Source: the human T2T-CHM13v2.0 reference genome, Homo sapiens
Strand: one strand, 5' to 3'
NCBI RefSeq assembly: GCF_009914755.1
Contig: NC_060946.1
DNA length: 64,000 nucleotides
A model generated the notes under the pieces. That model was given only the letters and a program-made list of their open reading frames with translations. It had not been told where the DNA came from and did not search any database. Position 1 is the first letter of the stretch, and each line of letters begins with the position of its first letter. This document shows positions 55,961 through 64,000 of the stretch, one piece after another. The translations under genes and the position numbers were made by a program.

Positions 55961-56951
55961 AACAGAGTGATGTCAGCCAGGTGGTGGAATGGGAAGCTCC
56001 AAACCTTGATTCTCCATAAAGATACCAACTGAAAAACAATATATGGTCTAAAAGCCTTTATGGGGCTCCATAAACCATTAAGAAGTTGTAGTAGCACAGA
56101 CAAGTGCTAAGCCAAGAATAGTGGCATTGAACAAATAAGAAAAGCTGTTGCATTATACTCATGATACCCCTTCCCCAAGCTCAAACAGGTTGGTTTGGCT
56201 GGGAAGCACTCAACTTGCAGCTTCTCCGTTAGCAGGGAAAGAGAAGACTGGAATGGAATAGTTTTATGAGGTTACCTGAAGCTCTCTCTCTCTCTCTCTA
56301 ACTTGACGCCCAACGGGCATACTTTGGATGCATGGGAGCCACTGGGAATAAAGGAGAGGTCAGAGATGATGCAGCACCAGGGAACCTGCAGTACCACAGA
56401 CAGATACCAGAGGGAGCAACATCTCCAGAAAAAGAAACTGGCAAACCTCTACTTGGGATGTTGCAATGTATAAACCCAAAGAAGATGCATTCTCAGAAAA
56501 AGTTTGAGAGGCTGCTGGAACCTATAGCCATGCTGATTCAGGTATGAAGTTCTTCCGTATGAAGCCAGCTGATAAAAACTGGGAGAAGTGGCAGTTTTTT
56601 CAAACGCCCAAATCTTGGCAAAAATAAATAAAAAATGAAAAATAACAAGACAGAAGAAGAAACAGAGAAACCTGATGACTAAATTAAAGGAGCAAAATAA
56701 ATCTCCAGAAACCAACCCTACAGAAATAGGTAAATGAGTTACCTGACAAAGAACCCAAATTAACTATCTTAATGAAGCCCAGTGACAACAGAAATAGACA
56801 ACTAAGTGAAAGCAGGAAATAATTCATGAACAAAATGAAAATATTAACAGAGATAGAAACTGAAAAAAAAGGAACCATACAGAAACTCTGGAGCTAAGGA
56901 ATACAATAGCTCAATTTGAAAAATTCATTATCGGAAATCACCAATAGACTG

Positions 56952-57682
56952 TGTAACTGCCCAATGGGTTCACCTCGTGCCCTGCTTAGACAGAGCTGAT
57001 TTATCAAGACAGGGGAATTGCAGTGGAGAAAGAGTAATTCAGGCAGAGCCGGCTGTGCGGGAGATCAGAGTTTTATTATTCCTGAAATCAGTCTCCCTGA
57101 GCATTCGGGGATCAGAACTTTTAAAGATAATTTGGCAGGTAGGGGCTTGGGAAGTGGGGACTGCTTATTCATCAGGTTGGAGATGAAATCATACGGGGTT
57201 GAAGTGATGTTTCCTTGCTGTCTTCTGTTTGTGGGTGGGGTGGTAGAACTAGTTGAGCCATATTACCAGTCTGGGTGGTGTCAGCTGATTCATCCAGTGC
57301 AGGGTCTGCAAAATATCTCAAGAACTGATTTTAGGTTTTACAATAGTGATGTTATCCCCAGGAGCAATTTGGAGAGGATCAGACTCTTGGAGCCAGAGGC
57401 TGCATAACCCCTCAACTGTAATTTATAATGTTATAGCTAATTTGTTTATCCTGCAAAGGCAGACTGGTTCCAGGCAAGAAGGGGATCTTTTTGGGAAATG
57501 GCTATTATCAACTTTGTTTCAGAGTCAAACCATGAACTGAATACCTTCCCAAAATTAGTTCATCCTACTGCCAGGAATGAACAAGGACAGTTTAAATGCT
57601 AGAGGCAAGATTGAGTTGATTAAGTCTGATGTCTTTTGCTGTCATAATTTCTTCAGTTATAATTTTTGCAAAGGCAGTTTCA
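56952..57682 (-). mobile_element. ERV1 solo LTR, LTR8/LTR8A-like
   Basis: 731-bp TG...CA insert in L1 ORF1, TGTAACTGCCCAATGGGTTCACC...TGCAAAGGCAGTTTCA. Confidence 0.8.
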
Positions 57683-58413
57683 ATAACATCAAGCAGAAGA
57701 AAGAATCAGTGAAACGGAAGACTAGTCATTTGAAATTATGGAGTCAGAGGAGCAAAAGGGAAAAGGAGTGAAGAGTGAAGACAGCCTAACAGACTTACAG
57801 GATGCCATCAAGCAGACCAATGTATGCATTATGAAAGTGCCAGAAGGAGAAGAGAAAAATAAAGGGGCAGAGAGCCAGTTAAAAAAATAATGATCAAAAA
57901 CTTCTCAAACTTAAAGAAGGAAATGGACATACAAATCCAAGAGGCTCAAAGAACTCCAAGTTGGCTAATTTGCAAAAGACCTACAATGAGACAAATTACA
58001 ATCAAACTGTCAAAAGTCAAAGACAAAGAGAGAATTTTGAAAGGAACAAGATCAAAGCAACTTGTCACATACAAGGGAGAGGCCATATGGTTATCAGTGG
58101 AATTCTCAGCAAAAACTCTACAGGCCAGAAGAGAATGGGATGATATATTAAAAGGGCTGAAAGAAAAAAAAAAACTGTCAACCAAGAACTGTATAGCCAG
58201 TAAAACTCTACTTCAAAAATGAAGGACAAACAAAGAGTCCCCCAGAGAAGTAAAAGGTGAGAGAGTTGATCATCACTAGACCTACCTTACAAAAAATGTT
58301 AAAGGGAGTCCTCCAAGTGGAAATGAAAAGGCATTGGATAGAAATGCAAAAGCATACAAAATATAAACTTCTTTGGTAAAGGTAAATACATGAGTGAACA
58401 TAGAACCCTTTAA

Positions 58414-58758
<345 letters not shown>

Positions 58759-59883
58759 TAGAATTTAAGAGGTAAAAGCATAACATTACTGTATTAAATT
58801 ACGTGAATAAACAATATAAAATATATAGTGTGACATTGATAACAAAGTGAGAAGGAGGTGTAAAGTAGAGTTTTTGTATGTGATTAAAGTTAAGTTGTTG
58901 TCAATTTAAAATAGATTATTATAACTATAAGATGTTTTTATGTAATTCTACAGTAACCACAAAGAAAAGACCTACAGAAGATACACAAATAAAAATGAGA
59001 AAGGAACCAAAGCACGTGCCTACCAAAAAAAGAAATCAGTGAAACAAAGGGAGGCAGAAAGAGAGGAAAAGTGGAAAATAATACCTGCAAGACATGTATA
59101 AAACAATGAACAAAATGACAATAGTAAGCCCCTCCCTATCAGTAACTAATTTAGATGCCAATAGGCTAATTTTCCAATCAAAAGACAGAGAATTTGCCGA
59201 ATGGATTAAAAAAATGTAAATATATACTATATGCAAGAGACTTATGTTAGATCTAATCACACACAAAGGTTGAAAGTGAAAGGATGGAAAAAGATATTCA
59301 ATGCATTTGGTAACCAAAAGAGAACAAGGATGGCCATACTTAGACAAAATAGAGTTTAAGTCAAATAATAGCACAAGAGACAAGGATATTACATAATAAT
59401 AAAAGGGACAATTGACCAAGAAGATATAGCAATTATAAATGTATATGTAACTAACAGTACAGCATCTAAATATATGAAGCTAACATAGACAGAATTGAGG
59501 GGTAACATAGATAACAACATTATAATAACAGAAAACTTCAATATTCCACTTTCAATTATGGATACAATAACCAGACAGAAGATCAACTGGAAAACACAGA
59601 ACTTGAACAACATTGTAGACCAATTGGACCTGTCTGACATATACAGAACACTTCACCCAATAATAGCAAAATATGTTTTCTTCTCAAGTACATACCAAGA
59701 CTTTTCCAGGATAGATGGCATGCTAGTCCACAAACAAGTTTTTAAAAATTTAAGAAAACTGAACTCATACCAAGTATCTTTTCTGACCACATTAAATGAA
59801 ATTACAAATTCATAGCAGAAGGAAAAAGGAAAAGAAATAAATATGTGGAAATTACAAAAATATACTCTCTTAACCAATTGGCC

Positions 59884-60580
59884 TGTGTGGTTAATATTAA
59901 TTGTCAATTTGATTGAGGGATGCTTAGATGCCTGATGAAGCACTGTGTGTGGGTATATCTGTGAGGGTGCTGCCACAGGAGAATGATGGATGAGTTAGTG
60001 GACTGAGAGAGAAAAACCCATCCTCACTGTGGGTAGGCATCATGCAATTGGTTGCAAGTGTGACTAGAACAAAAAGGCAGAAGAATAGGAACATTCAGCT
60101 TGCTTGGATTTCTTTTTTATGCACTTTCTCTCTCTTCCAGAGCAGTATGCCTTTTTCTCCTCTTGCCCTTGCACATCAAACTCCAGGTTCTTTGGCCTTT
60201 GGACCCTGGGACTTGCATCAGCAGCCTTTTGGGAGCTCTCAGGCCTTGGGCCTCAGACTAGTGGCTGCACTGTCAGCTTCCCTGGTTTTGACACTTTCAG
60301 ATTTGGACTGAGCCATGTCACTGGCTTCCTTGGGAGCCATGCTGTAGGCTTCTCTCATTTCCCAGCTTATAGATGGCTTATTGTGGGACTTTGCCTTTGT
60401 AATTATGTGAGCCAATTCTCCTTAATAAATTATATTTCATATATATGTAAATATATTCTCTTATAGATGCATGTATATGTATCTATATCTATATATCTAT
60501 ATCTACATCTATATTTATATCTGTATCTATATCTATATATCCTATTGGATCTGACCCTCTGGAGAACTCTGATTAATACA
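59884..60580 (+). mobile_element. ERVL solo LTR, MLT2-family
   Basis: TGTGTGGTTAATATTAATTGTCAA...CTCTGGAGAACTCTGATTAATACA with internal (TATC/TA)n tract; degenerate TSD TGGCC/TAGTC. Confidence 0.82.
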
Positions 60581-60833
60581 TAGTCAAAGAATAAGTCACA
60601 AGGAGAATTAGAAAATATCTTGAGACAAATAAAAATGGAAACACAACATTCCAAAGCTTGTGGGATGCAGCAAAATGAATATGAAGAGGACAGTTTATAT
60701 ATCTAACTACCTACCTTAAAAAAGAAGAAAGATCTAAAATCAGCAACTTAGCTTTACACCTCAAGAAACTGGAAAAAGAAGAACTCAACCCAATGTTAGC
60801 AAAAGGAAGGAAATAATAAAGTCTAGAGCAGAA

Positions 60834-61129
60834 GGCTGGGTGCAGTGGCTCACGACTGTAATCCCAGCACTTTGGGAGGCTGAGGCAGGTGGATCACCTG
60901 AGGTCGGGAGTTCGAGACCAGCCTCAGCAACATGGAGAAACCTGTCTCTACTAAAAAATACAAAATTAGCCGGGCATGGTGGTGCATGCCTGTAATCCCA
61001 GCTACTCTGGAGACTGAGGCAGGAGAGTCACTTGAACTGGGAGGCGGAGGTTGCAGCGAGCGGATATCACGTCATTGCACTACAGCCTGGGCAATAAGAG
61101 CGAAACTCCATCCCCCCCCCAAAAAAAAA
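60834..61129 (+). mobile_element. Alu (AluSp-like)
   Basis: GAGGTCGGGAGTTCGAGACC...AACATGGAGAAACC...AAGAGCGAAACTCC. Confidence 0.9.
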
Positions 61130-61552
61130 GGCTAGAGAATAGAAAAAACCCAATGGAACTAGTAGTTGTTTCAAAGTTCAACAAAATTGACAAATCATTA
61201 GCTAGAATATTTAAGAAAAAAATAAAGGAGACTCAACTTCTTTTAGGAACAAAAGAGAAGACACTGCAACAGATATTACAGAAATAAAAAGGATTCTAAG
61301 AGTCTACTATGAATGATTATATACTGACAAGTTGGATAACCTAAGAGAAATGAACAGATTCCTAGTAACATGCAAGTTACCAAGACTAAGTCACAAAATA
61401 AAAAATCTTAATAAACCTATAACTAGTAACTGAATCAGGAATCAAAAACCTCCCAGCAAACCAAATACCTGATAAGGGGTTAATATCTAAAATATATACA
61501 GAATAACAACTCAATAACCAAACAACCTAAATGAGAAATGGTCAGTTGACTT

Positions 61553-61905
61553 TGCTATGGTCCAAATGTTCTCCCAATATTCATATGCTGGAGCCTAATA
61601 TTCAATGTAATAATATTAAGAGGTGGGGCATTTTGGAGATGATTAGTTCATGAAGTCATCTTCCTCAGAAATGGGACTAGGGCCTTTATAAAAGAGGCTT
61701 AAGGGAGTTTGTTTTCCCTTTTGAACATGTGAGGACACAGAGAAGGTGCTATGTATAGTGAATATAGTGACCTCACCAGTCACTGAGTCTGTTGTAGCCT
61801 AAATCTTGGACTTCTCACACTCCAGAACGCAAGAAAAAAATTTCTGCTGTTTATAAATTACCAGCCTAAGGTATTTTGTTATAGCAGCAGGAATGGACTA
61901 AGATA
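61553..61905 (+). mobile_element. MaLR solo LTR (MLT1A/MST-type)
   Basis: TGCTATGG...TTTTGTTATAGCAGCAGGAATGGACTAAGATA; exact 5-bp TSD GACTT at 61548-61552 and 61906-61910. Confidence 0.85.
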
Positions 61906-61957
61906 GACTTGAATAGACATTTTTTCCAAAAAAAATACAAATGGCCAACTAGCATAT

Positions 61958-62465
61958 CAACCCAACACTACGTGGAAGCTGCCAAGGCTTGGGGATTGAA
62001 CTCTGAAGCAATAGCCTGAGCTGTACACTGGCTCCTTTTAGCCATGGCTGGGACACAGGGCACCAAGTCCCAAGACTGCACAGAGCAGCAAAGTTCTGGG
62101 CCTGGCCCACAAAACCATTTTTTCCCTCCTAGGCCTCCAACTCTGTGATGGGAGGGGCTGTTGTGAAGAACTCTGACGTTTCCTGGAGACAATTTACCCA
62201 TTATCTTGTCAATTAACATTTGGCTCCTTGTTACTTCTGTAAATTTCTGCAGTCAGCTTGAATTTCTCCCCAGAAAATGTGTTTTCTTTTCTATCACATC
62301 ATCAGGCTGCAAATCTTCCAAACTTTCATGCTCTGCTCCCTTTTAAACATAAGTTCTAATTCCAAACCATACTTTTGTGAATGCATAAAACTGAACACTT
62401 TTAAGAGCACTCAGGTCATAAATTGAACACTTTGCTGCTTACAAATTTCTTCTACCAGATGTCCT
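61958..62465 (-). mobile_element. MaLR internal fragment (THE1-int/MST-int-like)
   Basis: GTGGAAGCTGCCAAGGCTTGGGG...CCTGGGCCTGGCCCACAAAACCATTTTT...GGCTGCAAATCTTCCAAACTTT. Confidence 0.75.
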
Positions 62466-62466
62466 G

Positions 62467-64000
62467 GATGGGTTCCAAGATGGCCAAATAAGAACAGTTC
62501 CAGTCTACAGCTCCCAGCATGATCGACACAGAAGATGGGTGACTTCTGCACTTCCAACTGAGGTACCTGGTTCATCTCACTGGGACTGGTTGGACAGTGG
62601 GTGCAGGCCCGCAGAGGGTGAGCTGAAGCAGGGTGGGGCGTCGCCTCACCCGGGAAACACAAGGGGGTGGGGGATTTCCCTTTCCTAGCCAAGGGAATCT
62701 GTGACAGACTACCTGGAAAAACAGGGCACTCCCACCCAAATACTGCACTTTTCCCAAGGTCTTAGCAACTAGCAGACAAGGTGATTCTCTCCTGTGCCTG
62801 GTTCAGTGGGTCCCACACCCATAGAGCCTTGCTCACTGCTAACACAACAGTCTGAAATCCATCTGCGAGGTGGCAGCCTGGCTGGGTGGGGGGCGTCCAA
62901 CATTACTGAGGCTTAAGTAGGTAAACAAAGCGGCCAGGGAAGCTTGAACTGGGTGGAGCCCACCGCAGCTCAACAGGGCCCATTGCCTCTAGACTCCATG
63001 TCTGTGGGTGGGGATAGCTGAACAAAAGGCAGCAACTTCTGCAGACTTAAACGTCCCTGTCTGACAGCTCTGAAGAGAGCAGTGGTTTTCCCAGCATGAC
63101 GTTTGAGTTCTGAGAATGGACAGACTGCCTCCTCAAGTAGGTCCCTGACCCCTGTGTAGCCTAACTGGGACACACCTCCCAGTAGGGGCTGACAGACACC
63201 TCATATAGGCGGCTGCCCCTCTTGGACGAAGCTTCCAGAGGAAGGATCAGGCAGCAATATTTGCTGTTCTGCAATATTTGCTGTTCTGAAGCCTCCACTG
63301 GTGATACCCAGGCAAACAGTGTCTGGATTGGAACTCCAGCAAACTCCAACAGATCTGCAGCTGAGGGTCCTGACTGTTAGAAAGAAAACTAAAAAACAGA
63401 AAGGAATAGTGTCAACATTAACAGAAGATCATCTACACCAAAACCCCATCTGTAGGTCAACAATATCAAAGAACAAAGGTAGATAAAACCAGAAGGATGG
63501 GGACAAACCAGAGCAGAAAAGCTGAAAATTCTAAAAATCAGAGCACCTCTTCTCCTCCAAAGGATCACAGCTCCTTGTCAGCAATGGAACAAAGCTGGAC
63601 GGAGAATGACTTTGACGAATTGACAGAAGTAGGCTTCAAAGGTTGGTAATAAAAAACCTCTCCAAGCCAAAGGAGGATGTTGGAACCCATTGCAGGGAAG
63701 CTAAAAACCTTGAAAAAAGATTAGACGAATGGTTTACAAGAATAAACAGTGTAGAGAAGACCTTAAGTGACCCAATGGAGCTGAAAACCATGGCACGAGA
63801 ATTTTGTGATGCATGCACAAGCTTCAATAGCCGATTCAATCAAGTGGAAGAAAGAGTATCAGTGATTGAAGATCAAATAAATGAAATAAAGTGAGAAGAC
63901 AAGGTTAGAGAAACAAGAGTAAAAAGAAATGAAGAAAGCCTCCAAGAAATATGGGACCATGTGAAAAGACCAAATCTATATTTGATTGGTGCACCAGAAA
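62467..64000 (+). mobile_element. L1PA (about PA6-8) 5' UTR and disrupted ORF1, continuing past the window
   Basis: CCAAGATGGCC..ATAAGAACAGTTCCAGTCTACAGCTCCCAGC 5' end; ORF1 ATG at 63497; coiled-coil peptide 63643-63894. Confidence 0.9.

Overview
Human (not microbial) pericentromeric or acrocentric-type segmental-duplication DNA in two parts. (1) 1-37353 is a composite macrosatellite. Blocks of 68-bp beta (Sau3A) satellite, about 4.2-5.9 kb long, alternate with GC-rich DUX4/D4Z4-like cassettes of about 2.75 kb. There are four full cassettes, one 5'-truncated cassette and one 3'-only fragment. Each cassette mirrors the distal DUX4 transcription unit of 4q35 (promoter, exon 1, intron 1, exon 2, intron 2, pLAM-like exon 3 running into beta satellite), but none has the ATTAAA poly(A) signal. 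The array changes orientation at an inversion junction near 11603-11605. All full-length DUX reading frames are disrupted, yet all five copies keep an intact ATG-initiated 76-codon C-terminal ORF. (2) 37354-64000 is AT-rich duplicated euchromatin. It holds a human-specific pre-Ta L1 with a twin-priming inversion, a PABPC1 processed pseudogene split by a MER48-like solo LTR, five 3' exons of an unprocessed SLC9B1 pseudogene (- strand), many Alus and MIRs, an old L1 carrying nested LTRs and an Alu, and the 5' end of an L1PA. The DUX4L-PABPC1P-SLC9B1P order matches my recollection of the Yq11 pericentromeric duplicon family, but the chromosome copy cannot be assigned from sequence alone. No full-length intact protein-coding gene, RNA gene or CRISPR array is supported. 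Family and subfamily names come from recalled consensus sequences, not database searches.
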